Assembly: GCA_965248265.1 (NCBI GenBank)
Contig: CBDFJF010000002.1
Location: forward strand, 576,001 to 640,000
Direction of reading: 5' to 3'
Length of the DNA: 64,000 nt
From: Candidatus Latescibacterota bacterium
GTDB lineage: Bacteria; Latescibacterota; UBA2968; UBA8231
The position numbers and the translations under genes were made by a program. The first letter of the stretch is position 1. Every line of letters starts with the position of its first letter. The notes under the pieces were generated by a model. That model had not been told where the DNA came from and ran no database searches. It was given only the letters and a program-made list of their open reading frames with translations. Shown here in pieces: positions 36,341 to 47,120 of this stretch.

Positions 36341-38083
36341 ATGAATGTCCTACTCGTCGTTATCGCCGGCTTCGTCGTCTTCGGCCTGGCCAGCCGGTAC
36401 TACGGCAATTGGGTAGCGCGCCAGGTCGGCGTCGATCCATCCAATCCGACCCCTGCAGAGCAGATCAACGACGGTCGCGACTACGTGCCGACGCGGACCT
36501 CCGTCGTCTTCGCCCATCACTTCTCCAGCATCGCCGGAGCCGGGCCGATCATCGGTCCAACGCTGGCGGCAATTTACGGTTTTGTGCCGGCAGTGGCGTG
36601 GGTCGTTCTGGGCGGCATTTTCATCGGGGCCGTGCATGATTTCACCGCCCTGTTTGCCAGCATGCGCGAGGGTGGCAAGTCGATGGCGGAGATCGCCCAC
36701 AAGTCGATGGGGCGCGCCGGGTTCGCGCTGTTTCTGCTGTTCACCATTGTCATGATCGTCCTGATCACGGCCGTCTTCCTCAAGTTGACGGCGACGGCAC
36801 TCACCTCATTGTGGCCATTGGAGAAACTGCAGCTCGACGCCAGCCAAACGTTGCTTAAAACGCAGAGCAGTGATGGCAAGACGATGGCACAGATCGGAGG
36901 AATAGCATCCACCTCCGTCATCATGGTAACCGCTCTGGCACCTTTGCTGGGGTACCTGCTCTATCGCCGCGGAATCGCAACCGGTTTGGCCTATGGGCTG
37001 AGCGCCATTCTCTGCGCTGGCTCGGTTTACTGCGGGATCAGTTTACCTCTTCAGATTGAACCGATGACATGGATGGTCATCATTTCCGTTTACGTCCTGT
37101 TCGCCGCCGGGGCGCCGGTGTGGGTCATTTTGCAGCCGCGGGACTTCATCAATTCGCAGATACTCTACGGGGGCATGCTGCTGATGTTCGGCGCTCTGGT
37201 CCTGGGCGGGTTCAGCGGTCTTTCGATCAGCTTTCCATCGTTCAATCTCTCAGGAGGTCTGGAGCAACTCGGCGTCATCTGGCCGATGATGTTCATTACC
37301 ATCGCCTGCGGCGCCATCTCCGGGTTCCATTGCCTGGTATCATCCGGAACCACAAGCAAGCAGTGCAGCAGGGAACAGGACGCCAAGCGGATCGGCTTTG
37401 ACGGCATGCTGCTGGAGTGCGTCCTGGCATTGTTCGTCCTGCTCGCCATCGGCAGTGCGCTGGGTTTCGAAGACTATCGCAACGTCGTCTGGGAGGAGGG
37501 CAACCCCGTTCTGGGTTTCGCCCTGGCAGCGGGCAGGCTCATCAACGACGGACTCGGGTTCGTGCCGGTGGCTCTCGGGACCGTCTTCGGCATTCTGATG
37601 CTGGAGGGCTTCCTGGTCACCACTCTCGATTCGGCCGTGCGCCTGAACCGCTACCTGTTCGAAGAGTTATGGGACCTGATCTTCGACCAGCCACCAGCCT
37701 TCATGAAGAAGTACTGGTTCAACGCTGGGCTTGCTGTTGCACTGATGTGGGTACTGGCGTCATCGAACGCAGCCACGTCTATATGGCCTGTGTTCGGCAG
37801 CAGTAATCAGTTGCTGGCGGCGCTGGCCCTGCTGGTGGTTTCGACCTGGTTGTTGAATCGTGGCACCACGCCGTGGTTCACGCTGATCCCGGCGGCGTTT
37901 ATGATGGCGACGACCCTGTACTCGCTGGTGTTGCTGCTGCAGCGGCACATTCCCGCCGGTAACTACATGCTCGTGTTCGCCGACTGTGTGCTGATGTTGC
38001 TGGCGTTGGGAGTGATCGGCATTGCCCTGAAGACGCACGCTCGCAGACGCGCGGTTCCGGCAGGCACTGCGGCTGGTGATTGA
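36341..38083 (+). CDS. cstA: Carbon starvation protein A (peptide/pyruvate transporter family)
   Basis: DGRDYVPT, HHFSSIAGAGPIIGP, GAVHD, IACGAISGFH, TTLDSAVRL, WPVFGSSNQLLA. Confidence 0.92.
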   Translation: MNVLLVVIAGFVVFGLASRYYGNWVARQVGVDPSNPTPAEQINDGRDYVPTRTSVVFAHHFSSIAGAGPIIGPTLAAIYGFVPAVAWVVLGGIFIGAVHDFTALFASMREGGKSMAEIAHKSMGRAGFALFLLFTIVMIVLITAVFLKLTATALTSLWPLEKLQLDASQTLLKTQSSDGKTMAQIGGIASTSVIMVTALAPLLGYLLYRRGIATGLAYGLSAILCAGSVYCGISLPLQIEPMTWMVIISVYVLFAAGAPVWVILQPRDFINSQILYGGMLLMFGALVLGGFSGLSISFPSFNLSGGLEQLGVIWPMMFITIACGAISGFHCLVSSGTTSKQCSREQDAKRIGFDGMLLECVLALFVLLAIGSALGFEDYRNVVWEEGNPVLGFALAAGRLINDGLGFVPVALGTVFGILMLEGFLVTTLDSAVRLNRYLFEELWDLIFDQPPAFMKKYWFNAGLAVALMWVLASSNAATSIWPVFGSSNQLLAALALLVVSTWLLNRGTTPWFTLIPAAFMMATTLYSLVLLLQRHIPAGNYMLVFADCVLMLLALGVIGIALKTHARRRAVPAGTAAGD

Positions 38084-38094
38084 AGGGAGCTCGA

Positions 38095-38970
38095 TCAGGG
38101 CTCGGCCATGAGTTCGATCTCGAACAGCCAGGGCCACAGTTTTCCTGTCACGAACAGGCGGTCACCCTCCGCGTCGTAAGCGATACCGTTGAGGACGTCG
38201 GCTCGATCGCGTTCCTGGGGTGTCAGCAGGCCCGACATGTCGATCAACCCCAGGACCGCGCCCGTGGTGGGTGATATTCTGGCAATCAAGTCTGTCTGCC
38301 AGATGTTGGCGAAGACCTCGCCATTGACGAATTCGAGCTCGTTCAGGTTGTCGAGCGGGGTGCCGTCAATGATGACTTCCACCTGGGAGAGCTTTTCAAA
38401 ACTCCCGGGGTCTCGAAAGTAGAGCTTCGCCGAGCCGTCGCTCATGATCACGCGGTCGCCGTCGAATGTGAGGCCCCATCCCAGAGTCTGATAAGCGACG
38501 TCCCCTTGCAGTGCGAAGGTGTCTTTGTCATAGACGAAACCGACGTTCGCACTCAAGGTCAGCTGAATGATGTGCTCTGCCACCAGGGCAATGCCCTCGC
38601 CGAAGTAGCGGTCGTCGAGAATGCGCTCCTGTAGCACCTCACCCGTTTCGAGTTCGACGCGGCGCAGACTCGACCGGCCTTTCAATCCAGTGCCCTCGTA
38701 GAGAACCCCATCGGCGAAAACCAACCCTTGGGTGAATGCATTGACGTCGTGCGGGTAGGAGTTGAGCAACCTGTAGGTGAATCGGGAGGTGCCTTGTTCG
38801 CCGGAATCGCCGTTAGGGGAGCCGGTACCGTTACCGGAGCCGTCGACAGGGTCGGAAGACGAGCAGGATAGCCAATACAGCAGTGCCGCGCTTACCATGA
38901 TGAGCGGCCTGCGATACCATGGGTAGCGGCCAGACGTCGGTGGGGACCGTGAAAGGGATGGCTTGTCCAT
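38095..38970 (-). CDS. Glutaminyl-peptide cyclotransferase (plant/bacterial type), probable lipoprotein
   Basis: YPHD..AFTQGL, LYEGTG, FGEG, GWGL, SDGS, LNELE, ANIW, VLNGIAY, VTGKLW; lipobox-like WLSC. Confidence 0.92.
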   Translation of the reverse strand: MDKPSLSRSPPTSGRYPWYRRPLIMVSAALLYWLSCSSSDPVDGSGNGTGSPNGDSGEQGTSRFTYRLLNSYPHDVNAFTQGLVFADGVLYEGTGLKGRSSLRRVELETGEVLQERILDDRYFGEGIALVAEHIIQLTLSANVGFVYDKDTFALQGDVAYQTLGWGLTFDGDRVIMSDGSAKLYFRDPGSFEKLSQVEVIIDGTPLDNLNELEFVNGEVFANIWQTDLIARISPTTGAVLGLIDMSGLLTPQERDRADVLNGIAYDAEGDRLFVTGKLWPWLFEIELMAEP

Positions 38971-39024
38971 CTGAAAAAAGCTAACGGTTGCCGCAAGGAG
39001 TGTCGAGACAGTACACTCGCGACC

Positions 39025-40404
39025 ATGGAAAACGACAGATTGCCCTCCGACAGCCTCGACTCGGAAGCTGTTCGAGGAGAGGTAACCGCCCTGTTACAAG
39101 ATTTACTGCGACTGGATACTACCAATCCGCCCGGTCGGGAAACACAGGCGGCCGAGTACATCGCCGGATTTCTGGAAGGCGAGGGCTTCGATCCAATCGT
39201 CACCGAGTCCGCGCCTGGTCGCGGCAATGTGACGGCGCGCCTGCCAGGTGGTGGCGAGCCACCGCTGCTGCTGCTCGGGCATACGGATGTCGTCGCCGCC
39301 GAGCCCGAACACTGGACTCATCCCCCATTCAGTGGGGCTCTCGAGGACGGCTATATCTGGGGCCGCGGCGCCCTCGACATGAAAAACATGGTGGCCGTCG
39401 AACTCATGGTTCTGCTGCTGTTGAAAAGGCAGGGATTGAAGCTCAATCGCGATCTCCTATTGGCGGCGACCGCTGACGAAGAAGCTGGCAAAGGGGAGCA
39501 CGGACCCGGATGGCTGCTCGACCATCATCCCGAGCAGATCGATGCACCGGTGATTCTGACCGAGGGCGGCGGACATGATCTTACCTTCGGAGCGCAGCGC
39601 TACTATACCTGTCAGCTAGCCCAAAAGGGCATCTGTCGCATGCAGGTGCGATTCACCGGGAGCCCCGGCCATGGCTCCGTACCACACGGTGACAACGCCA
39701 TCGGCAAGCTCTGTCGCGCCATGGCCCTGCTCGACGGTGTCCAGCTTCCCGTCCATATGTCGGCGACCCTGCGTGCGTTCCTGACAGGATTGGCGGCTCG
39801 CCAGCCACCCGATATGGCGCAGGCATTGCAGGCCGTAACGGAACCCGATAACGCGCCCGCGGCCGTCGAGGCTCTGCCCGTCGATGACGCCTTCAAACTG
39901 GAACTGCTGGCGCTGATGGCGAACACGGCTTCGATCACCATGCTCGAGGCCGGCTCCAAGATCAACGTGATTCCCTCGGCAGCCGTGGCTTTCATCGACG
40001 GACGACTGGCACCCGGTCAGACGGCCGAATCGTTGTACGCGGAGCTGCGGGCGGTTTGGGGAGAGGCCGGGCGAGGGGCTGACATCGAAATTCTGCAGCA
40101 CTCGCCACCCCTGGAAGCGGACGCGGAGACCGCTTTCTATAGCACGATTGTCGAGGTCATGGGGCGGCACGATCCTCAGACACCGGTGATTCCATACATG
40201 TCCACGGGCGGTACCGACGCCAAGCACATCTGCCCTCGGCGGCCGGACACGCAGGTCTATGGATTTATGCCCCACCGTGAGACCAGCGCCGGCGAGAGCG
40301 CGACCATCCACGGACATGACGAGCGCACGTCTGTAAACAGCCTGGTGTTTGCTACGAAGGTGATCTACGATCTTGTCTGCAGCTACGGGGGTGCTACTCC
40401 CTGA
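39025..40404 (+). CDS. M20/M25/M40 family metallopeptidase
   Basis: GHTDVV, GRGALDMK, DEE, EGG, GHGS, NVIP, GGTD, IHGHDER. Confidence 0.92.
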   Translation: MENDRLPSDSLDSEAVRGEVTALLQDLLRLDTTNPPGRETQAAEYIAGFLEGEGFDPIVTESAPGRGNVTARLPGGGEPPLLLLGHTDVVAAEPEHWTHPPFSGALEDGYIWGRGALDMKNMVAVELMVLLLLKRQGLKLNRDLLLAATADEEAGKGEHGPGWLLDHHPEQIDAPVILTEGGGHDLTFGAQRYYTCQLAQKGICRMQVRFTGSPGHGSVPHGDNAIGKLCRAMALLDGVQLPVHMSATLRAFLTGLAARQPPDMAQALQAVTEPDNAPAAVEALPVDDAFKLELLALMANTASITMLEAGSKINVIPSAAVAFIDGRLAPGQTAESLYAELRAVWGEAGRGADIEILQHSPPLEADAETAFYSTIVEVMGRHDPQTPVIPYMSTGGTDAKHICPRRPDTQVYGFMPHRETSAGESATIHGHDERTSVNSLVFATKVIYDLVCSYGGATP

Positions 40405-41376
40405 TCAGCGCTCGTCGCTTTCGAGGTTGAGCCAGCCGCGCTCCGCTTCCGAAAGCTCGATCGACAGGGCGTTGACATTGGCGCGAACCTCATCGGCGTT
40501 GGCATTGCCCACCAGCGGATAGACGTCTAGGGTCGGGTGCTGGATGACCCACGCCAGGGCCAGCTGCGGCACAGACGTGGCCTTCTCCCGCGCCAACTCG
40601 TGTATCCGGTCCAGCCGTTCGAAGTTGGGTTCGTGGTAGTAGGATCGCGCCATGTCCGGGCCTATCTCTCCTCGCATATCCTCGGCATTATCCCTGGTCA
40701 AGCGTCCCGTCAGGAATCCGGTCGACAAGCTTGCCCAGGCGAAGATCGGCATCTCATTATCGGCGTACCACTTGCGGTCCGAGGCGCGCCCCTCTCCGGT
40801 GAGCGATACACAACCGGGCCAGGGCGGTTCCTCCTGCACGGCCAAGCTAAAGTGCGGACTGGTCGCCGTGAATGGGACCAGACTGTGTTTGTCCGCGTAC
40901 TCGTTGGCCTGCTGGGTGCGCTCGACGCTCCAGTTGGAACCCCCGAACGCACCGATGCGTCCGGCACTTTTGTGCTCATTCAGAATCTCGACAATCGGTC
41001 CAACGTCCACGTCGACGTCATCGCGGTGCAGGAAGAACAAGTCGATGTGGTCGGTGTGTTGGCGCGACAGCGAATCGTGCAGGTCGGCGGTGATGTCGAA
41101 GGGGGTGACGCGATTGCGGTCCTGGCTGTAGTGGGCGGCCTTGCCGATGATGAAGAGCTCGTCGCGCTGGCCGCGTGACTCCAACCACTGTCCGAACACA
41201 CGCTCACAGTCACCACCGCCATAGAGGGCTGCCGTGTCGAAGGTGTTGATGCCAGCGGCGAAGACGGCGTCGAGCAAATCGCAACCTGCTTCCGCGTCTT
41301 TCCGCTTCAGCATGATGGTACCCTGGACCAGGCGTGATAGCTTCTTGTCGATCCCCGCGATCTGACCAAATTTCAT
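40405..41376 (-). CDS. Aldo/keto reductase
   Basis: FDTAALY, K, DLFFLHRD, GGSNW, LALAW. Confidence 0.9.
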   Translation of the reverse strand: MKFGQIAGIDKKLSRLVQGTIMLKRKDAEAGCDLLDAVFAAGINTFDTAALYGGGDCERVFGQWLESRGQRDELFIIGKAAHYSQDRNRVTPFDITADLHDSLSRQHTDHIDLFFLHRDDVDVDVGPIVEILNEHKSAGRIGAFGGSNWSVERTQQANEYADKHSLVPFTATSPHFSLAVQEEPPWPGCVSLTGEGRASDRKWYADNEMPIFAWASLSTGFLTGRLTRDNAEDMRGEIGPDMARSYYHEPNFERLDRIHELAREKATSVPQLALAWVIQHPTLDVYPLVGNANADEVRANVNALSIELSEAERGWLNLESDER

Positions 41377-41397
41377 TTCTTTCCCCTCAACTCCGTG

Positions 41398-42462
41398 TCA
41401 CTTTTCATCCGGATAAACCAGGCCGATCTGAGTCCGTAGTCGATCCAGCAATTGCATGATGGCCAACGATTCGTCCAGCGGCATCACGGGGCTCTGCTGC
41501 TCGCCTGCCCGCAGACAGTCCATGACCGCAGCGGCCTGATAGTTGTAGCCGTTGCCGGTCAATGGTATTCGTATCTCCTCCTCCTCACCGTTGCTGTGCA
41601 GCAAAGTGGCCGCGGTGGCGGCGTAGAAAGGTGCGTGCACGCGGATGGAGCCGGCCTCGCCCATCACCAGGGCTTCGGCAGGAGTACGCGCGCCAATGGT
41701 GCAGTGCGCCGTGGCCAGCGCTCCAGATTCATACTTCAGCATCACCGCGCAATCCTCGTCAACGCCCGTCTTGCCCAATTGCGCCAGTGCGGTGGCTTCG
41801 ACCGGATGTGCTCCAAGGACCATGGACACCAGGGACACGAGATACACACCAAGGTCCAACAGGGCGCCGCCACCCAGTTTGAGGTCGTACAGGCGGCTGG
41901 TCGGATCGAACTGCGTGCGAAAACCCATGTCGCAGAAGAGTGCCCGCGGCGATCCTATGGCGCCGGAGTCGAGCCATTCACGCGTTTTGACGATCGCCGG
42001 AACGAAGCGTGTCCACATCGCTTCCATCAGGAACAGTCCCTGCTTGCTGGCGGTGGCGATCATCTGTTGTACCTGGCCGGCATTGAGGGCGAACGGCTTC
42101 TCGCACAATACGTGCTTACGCGCTTCCAGGCAGCGGATGGTGTTTTCGCAATGTGACGTGTGAGGCGTCGCCACGTAAATGACATCGACTTCGGAATCTG
42201 CAACCAGGGCGTCGTAGGATGGGTGGCAGTTGGGCACCGAAAACTCGGCGCCAAAGGCATGGGCAGTTTCCTGAGCACGTGAGCCCACGGCCTGCAACTG
42301 TGCGTCCGGCAGTACCGCCAGACCTTTGGCGAAGCTGTGGGCGATGGAGCCGGTACCCAGTATGCCCCAGCGAATCGGATCGCTTTGCAGCGGATCGCTT
42401 TGCAGCGGATCGCTTTGCAGCGGATCGCTTTGCAGCGGATCGCTTTTCAGCGGATCGCTCAT
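41398..42462 (-). CDS. Gfo/Idh/MocA oxidoreductase with N-terminal (SDPLQ)n repeat
   Basis: IRWGILGTGSIA, YVATPH, CEKP, EAMWTRF, GGGALLDLGVY; the ATG at 42462 overlaps the GNAT stop. Confidence 0.92.
   Translation of the reverse strand: MSDPLKSDPLQSDPLQSDPLQSDPLQSDPIRWGILGTGSIAHSFAKGLAVLPDAQLQAVGSRAQETAHAFGAEFSVPNCHPSYDALVADSEVDVIYVATPHTSHCENTIRCLEARKHVLCEKPFALNAGQVQQMIATASKQGLFLMEAMWTRFVPAIVKTREWLDSGAIGSPRALFCDMGFRTQFDPTSRLYDLKLGGGALLDLGVYLVSLVSMVLGAHPVEATALAQLGKTGVDEDCAVMLKYESGALATAHCTIGARTPAEALVMGEAGSIRVHAPFYAATAATLLHSNGEEEEIRIPLTGNGYNYQAAAVMDCLRAGEQQSPVMPLDESLAIMQLLDRLRTQIGLVYPDEK
42376..42459. repeat. 15-bp tandem repeat (CGGATCGCTTTGCAG, about 5.6 copies)
   Basis: Four perfect units, one unit with two substitutions (TG to TT/TC region, giving LK instead of LQ), and one partial unit; in frame, encoding SDPL(K/Q). 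Confidence 0.95.
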
Positions 42463-43076
42463 GTGGAAGATTTCGTTTCCAGTTGCTTCCTGACCGCCTC
42501 CCACCGAGCAGGCATGTCGATGCGGTTGATGACGGGCGTGAAACCGAGATCGAAGTATATCTTGATAGCGGGCAGACGCCAGTCATCGGTCACTAGGGAG
42601 ACGCTTTCATAGCCGCTCTCGCCCAGGTTCCTGACCACGGCACCGCAGGCTATCAATCCGAGCTTGCGTCCGCGATGCACCGGGTCGCTGACGACATAGT
42701 CGACGCCTCCGATCAATGGCTGTGATCTGACGTGGGAAGCAAAGGTGGCGGCCACGATTCGCCCTTCGAATTCGATGAGGCGTGAACCCTGCCGCCTCTC
42801 CCGTTCGGACAGGTAGGCATCGAAATGTTTTCGGTCCCAGCGCTCGAATTCCGTCGCTATCAGGTCGATCCAGCCGGTCTCGTCGCCCGGCTTGAAGCTG
42901 CGGATGCAGTATCCGAAAGGGAGCTCGGGAAGCTGACACCCCTTGGCCACAGAACCGGCGATGGACATGGTCAACTGTCGTGGCTTGAGGTCGGGGAAGT
43001 CCGGGTGCGCATGGGTTTGCTGTGGGGACTGCTGCCGTCCCAGCATTTGCCTCACGGCACTCGCCAATCGGCGCAT
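42459..43076 (-). CDS. GNAT family N-acetyltransferase
   Basis: VVSDPVHRGRKLG acetyl-CoA motif A; TDDWRLPAIKIYFDLGF. Confidence 0.87.
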   Translation of the reverse strand: MRRLASAVRQMLGRQQSPQQTHAHPDFPDLKPRQLTMSIAGSVAKGCQLPELPFGYCIRSFKPGDETGWIDLIATEFERWDRKHFDAYLSERERRQGSRLIEFEGRIVAATFASHVRSQPLIGGVDYVVSDPVHRGRKLGLIACGAVVRNLGESGYESVSLVTDDWRLPAIKIYFDLGFTPVINRIDMPARWEAVRKQLETKSST

Positions 43077-43095
43077 GAGTGAGTCAGTCTCTCAA

Positions 43096-46000
43096 TTAGC
43101 CCGCAAAGTCACGGGCATTGCGGAACAGTTGCAACCAGGGGCTGAACTCGTCCGACCAGTCCACGGGTCGCCATGACAGCTGCACGTTGCGGAAGACACG
43201 CTCAGGATGCGGCATCATGATGGTGACGCGGCCGTCGGTGGTCGTGAGCGCGGTGATGCCTTCGGGAGAGCCGTTGGGGTTTTCCGGGTATCGCATCGTT
43301 GCTTCTCCGTTGCCATCGACGTAGCGCATGCTGATCTGGCGGCGTTGGCGCAGCCCTTCCATGCCGTCATCGACGGGGAAGGCGGCGCGTCCCTCGCCAT
43401 GGGCGACGGCGATCGGCAGCCTCGAACCGGCCATTCCTCGCAGCAGCACGGACTTACTCTCGACGATTTCCACACTCACCAGTCGCGCTTCGAACTGCTC
43501 TGACTGGTTGCGCATGAAGCCTGGCCAATCCTCGGTGCCGGGGATGAGCTCGCGCAGCAGCGACAGCATCTGGCAGCCGTTACACACACCCAGGCTAAAC
43601 GAATCAGGCCTGGCAAAGAAAGCGGTAAACTGCTGCCGGAGTTCTTCGTTGAAGAGTATGCCGCGCGCCCAGCCGGCACCGGCGCCCAGAACATCCCCGT
43701 AGCTGAATCCGCCGCAGGCCGCCAGGCCGGCGAAATCATCCAGCCGAGAGCGGCCTTCAATGAGGTCAGTCATGGTCACATCGACGGTCTCGAAGCCACC
43801 TGCTTCGAAGGCGGCGGCCATTTCGACCTGGCCGTTGATTCCCTGCTCCCGAAGCACAGCCAGTCGGGGTCGCTGCGACGGACCGACGGCGGAGCCCTGG
43901 TCAACTTCGAACGACTTGAGCGCGGACAACCCGGGGCTGGAAAAATCAGTCCTGGTCTCGTATTCCTGGCGGGCGCACTGCGGGTCATCCCGCTGGGCCT
44001 GCATGCGATAGGTCAGATCCGACCAGTGCGCGCGCAGGGAACTCGCCCGCCTGTCGAGCACGGTATGGCCACTGCCTGATTCGATGAGGATGCGGTCGTC
44101 AGCGGTGGGATGACCGATGATGTGGCTGCAGGCTTCGAGGCCGTGCTTCGCCAGGACTTCGAGCACGCTCGATTCGTGGCGAGTTTCGATCTGCACGACA
44201 GCGCCGATCTCTTCTGTAAAAAGGGCTGCAACAGGATCCGCGCCAAGGGCAGACAGATCGACATTCAGCCCGCATGCGCCGGCAAAAGCCATCTCGGTCA
44301 GGGTTGCGAGAAGCCCCCCATCTGAGCGGTCGTGATAGGCGAGCAGTCTGTCAGCTTTATTGAGCTCCTGTATCGACGAAAACAAGCCAGCCACATCTCC
44401 GGCAGTGACATCGGGCGCAACATCGCCGATCTGACCATACACCTGCGCCAGACAAGAGGCGCCCAGACGGTTGGCTCCGTGGCCGAGGTCGATCAGTACC
44501 AGCAGAGTGTCGGGGCGAAGGTCGAGTTGCGGGGTCAGGGTGCGACGCACATCCGTAACCGGAGCAAACGCAGAAATCACCAGGCTGAGCGGGGCGATGA
44601 CCTCCTGGTCCTCACCGTCGCTGTCCTGCCACCGGGTGCGCATCGACAGGCTGTCCTTGCCGACCGGAATCGAGATCCCGAGGTCAGGACAAAATTCCAT
44701 GCCGACAGCCCGCACCGTGTCGTATAGGGCAGTATCCTCGGCGTCTTCGCCACAGGCGCACATCCAGTTGGCGGACAGCTTTACCTTGCCTATCAGGCCG
44801 ATATCAGCGGCGGCGATATTGGTGACGGCTTCGGCGATTGCCATACGTCCAGAAGCTGGTGCGTCGATGAGGGCGATCGGTGAACGCTCGCCCATCGACA
44901 TAGCGCTGCCGGTATTGCCCTTGAAGGAGGTGGTGGTCACGGCGACGTCGGACACCGGGACCTGATGTGGGCCGACCATCTGATCACGCGCGATCAATCC
45001 CGTGACCGTGCGGTCGGCGATCGTTATCAGGAAGGTCTTGTCCGCCACTGCAGGATAGCGCAGGACGCGCGCGACCGCCTCGTTCATTTCAATCTGACTG
45101 AGATCGAGCGGGCGTTCCCTGGCTGACCCGCGTTGGACGTCGCGCTGTAATCGAGGTGGCTTGCCGAGAATGACTTCCAGTGGGAGGTCGTCAATGGGGG
45201 TGTCATCCAGCAGTGGGTCGACGAGGCTGATCAGATTGTCTCCGGTCACCTCGCCCAACACGGCGTAGGGACAGCGCTCGCGCGCGGCCAGCGTACCGAA
45301 CCATTCCAAACGATCACGATGGACGAACAGGACGTAGCGCTCCTGGGCCTCGTTGCTCCACAATTCCATCGGGCTCATGCCGGGGTCGTCGTTGTGGATG
45401 GCGCGCAGGTCGAACCAGGCGCCCGATTCCTCAACCAATTCGGGGCAAGCATTTGAGAGGCCGCCGGCACCGACGTCGTGGATGCTGCGGATGGGGTTGT
45501 CGGCGCCCTGACTGAGGCAACGACTGATCAGCTCCTGGCAGCGACGCTGCATTTCAGGGTTGTCGCGCTGTACTGAGGCGAAATCGAGATCCTCGGTGTT
45601 GCTGCCCGTGTCCATGCTCGACGCGTAGCCGCCTCCGAGACCGATCAACATGGCGGGACCGCCGATCTGGATCACGCAGTCGCCGAGTTCCGGCTGCTGT
45701 TTCTCGACCTGCTCGTCGTCGATGAGTCCACAACCGCCTGCCACCATGATCGGTTTGTGGTAGCCGCGGATGCGTCCGTCCACACACTCCTCGTAGGTGC
45801 GGAAGAGGCCGAGAATGTTGGGCCGGCCGAACTCATTGCCGAAGGCCGCGCCACCCAGGGGTCCCTGCGTCATGATCTCCAGTGGGGTAGCCAGGCGCCC
45901 GGGAAACTCCGCGTATTCGCCTTCCCATGGTTGCCGATAGCCCGGGATCCGCAGGTGGGAGGTATAAAACGCGCTCAGTCCGGCCTGCGAATGACTGCCC

Positions 46001-46995
46001 CTTCCAGTCGAGCCCTCGTCGCGGATCTCGCCGCCCACGCCTGTTGAGGCTCCCGGATAGGGGGAGATGGCGGTGGGATGGTTGTGCGTCTCCACCTTAC
46101 AGACGATATGAGTTCGACGGTTGGCGTAGCCGTAGACGAAACTTGCGGTGTCCGGGCGAAAAACCTCAGCCTCGAAACCCTCGATGACGCCGGCGTTGTC
46201 GGCGTAGGCGGATAACGTCCATTCTGGATGTCGAGCATGGGTGTTGCGAATCATGTCGAAGAGGGAGCGCTCGAGCTCGTCGCCGTCGATGCGCCAGCCG
46301 GCATTGAAGATCTTGTGGCGGCAGTGCTCGGAGTTGACGTTGGCGAACATGACGAGCTCGACATCGGTCGGGTCGCGTCCGAGCCTCTCGAAGGCGTCGC
46401 AGAAGTAAGCCAGTTCCGCCGCAGACATGGCGAGTCCCATGACATCGTTGGCCGCGGCCAAGGCCTCGCGCCCCTGCGTTGTCAGCGGTATGCGCTCCAT
46501 CGGGCGCGCACCGATTTCTGTGAACAGGACCGATGGATCGTCGATCATGGCCTCGGTCATGCGGTCGTGTAGCAATGGCAACAACTGCGGCAACAGTCGT
46601 GTCACGCGTTCCCCCGTACCATCGCAACGGAGCTGGTACATTGTACCGCGTTCCACCCGCCTGACCTCATTCAAGCCGCAGTTATGCAGGATATCCGTGG
46701 CCTTGCTGGACCAGGGAGAAATCGTCCCGGGTCGCGGCCAGAACGCCAGCGTTGGACCTTCTCCTCTACCCGAAGCTTCCGCATCGATCGATGGACTATG
46801 AGCTGAAGTGACGTCGAGGACGCCCTCAAGCCGCTCCATGGTTTGTGTGTCAGGCGTTTGTTGCAGGGAGACGGCGAAAACGAAATCGGTATCGATGCCG
46901 ACAATCTCGGGCACCGTTTCCCTGCACTGCTCGAGCAGAGCTGTACGGCGGAACGCCGAAAGGGCCGGGGGGCCGATGAAGGTCACAATTTCCAT
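43096..46995 (-). CDS. purL: Phosphoribosylformylglycinamidine synthase (large single-chain form)
   Basis: PGTISPWSSKATDI, NSEHCRHKIFN, KVETHNHPT, HDVGAGG, GGFSYGD, GVCNGCQ, MPHPER. Confidence 0.98.
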   Translation of the reverse strand: MEIVTFIGPPALSAFRRTALLEQCRETVPEIVGIDTDFVFAVSLQQTPDTQTMERLEGVLDVTSAHSPSIDAEASGRGEGPTLAFWPRPGTISPWSSKATDILHNCGLNEVRRVERGTMYQLRCDGTGERVTRLLPQLLPLLHDRMTEAMIDDPSVLFTEIGARPMERIPLTTQGREALAAANDVMGLAMSAAELAYFCDAFERLGRDPTDVELVMFANVNSEHCRHKIFNAGWRIDGDELERSLFDMIRNTHARHPEWTLSAYADNAGVIEGFEAEVFRPDTASFVYGYANRRTHIVCKVETHNHPTAISPYPGASTGVGGEIRDEGSTGRGSHSQAGLSAFYTSHLRIPGYRQPWEGEYAEFPGRLATPLEIMTQGPLGGAAFGNEFGRPNILGLFRTYEECVDGRIRGYHKPIMVAGGCGLIDDEQVEKQQPELGDCVIQIGGPAMLIGLGGGYASSMDTGSNTEDLDFASVQRDNPEMQRRCQELISRCLSQGADNPIRSIHDVGAGGLSNACPELVEESGAWFDLRAIHNDDPGMSPMELWSNEAQERYVLFVHRDRLEWFGTLAARERCPYAVLGEVTGDNLISLVDPLLDDTPIDDLPLEVILGKPPRLQRDVQRGSARERPLDLSQIEMNEAVARVLRYPAVADKTFLITIADRTVTGLIARDQMVGPHQVPVSDVAVTTTSFKGNTGSAMSMGERSPIALIDAPASGRMAIAEAVTNIAAADIGLIGKVKLSANWMCACGEDAEDTALYDTVRAVGMEFCPDLGISIPVGKDSLSMRTRWQDSDGEDQEVIAPLSLVISAFAPVTDVRRTLTPQLDLRPDTLLVLIDLGHGANRLGASCLAQVYGQIGDVAPDVTAGDVAGLFSSIQELNKADRLLAYHDRSDGGLLATLTEMAFAGACGLNVDLSALGADPVAALFTEEIGAVVQIETRHESSVLEVLAKHGLEACSHIIGHPTADDRILIESGSGHTVLDRRASSLRAHWSDLTYRMQAQRDDPQCARQEYETRTDFSSPGLSALKSFEVDQGSAVGPSQRPRLAVLREQGINGQVEMAAAFEAGGFETVDVTMTDLIEGRSRLDDFAGLAACGGFSYGDVLGAGAGWARGILFNEELRQQFTAFFARPDSFSLGVCNGCQMLSLLRELIPGTEDWPGFMRNQSEQFEARLVSVEIVESKSVLLRGMAGSRLPIAVAHGEGRAAFPVDDGMEGLRQRRQISMRYVDGNGEATMRYPENPNGSPEGITALTTTDGRVTIMMPHPERVFRNVQLSWRPVDWSDEFSPWLQLFRNARDFAG

Positions 46996-47120
46996 GGAAC
47001 GCTAATGTAGCGGCCGCCATGAGCCCCTTCAAGAAAACCGCCATGAAAAGGGCCAATGGGACTCATCAGCCAAATTGATGGAGATTCACCTTTATTGCTT
47101 CCACGATCGCCGAAATACCT

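Noticed and set aside
42376-42459. Possible CRISPR array
   Set aside because: Head-to-tail 15-mers with no spacers, inside a CDS, and no cas genes in the window.
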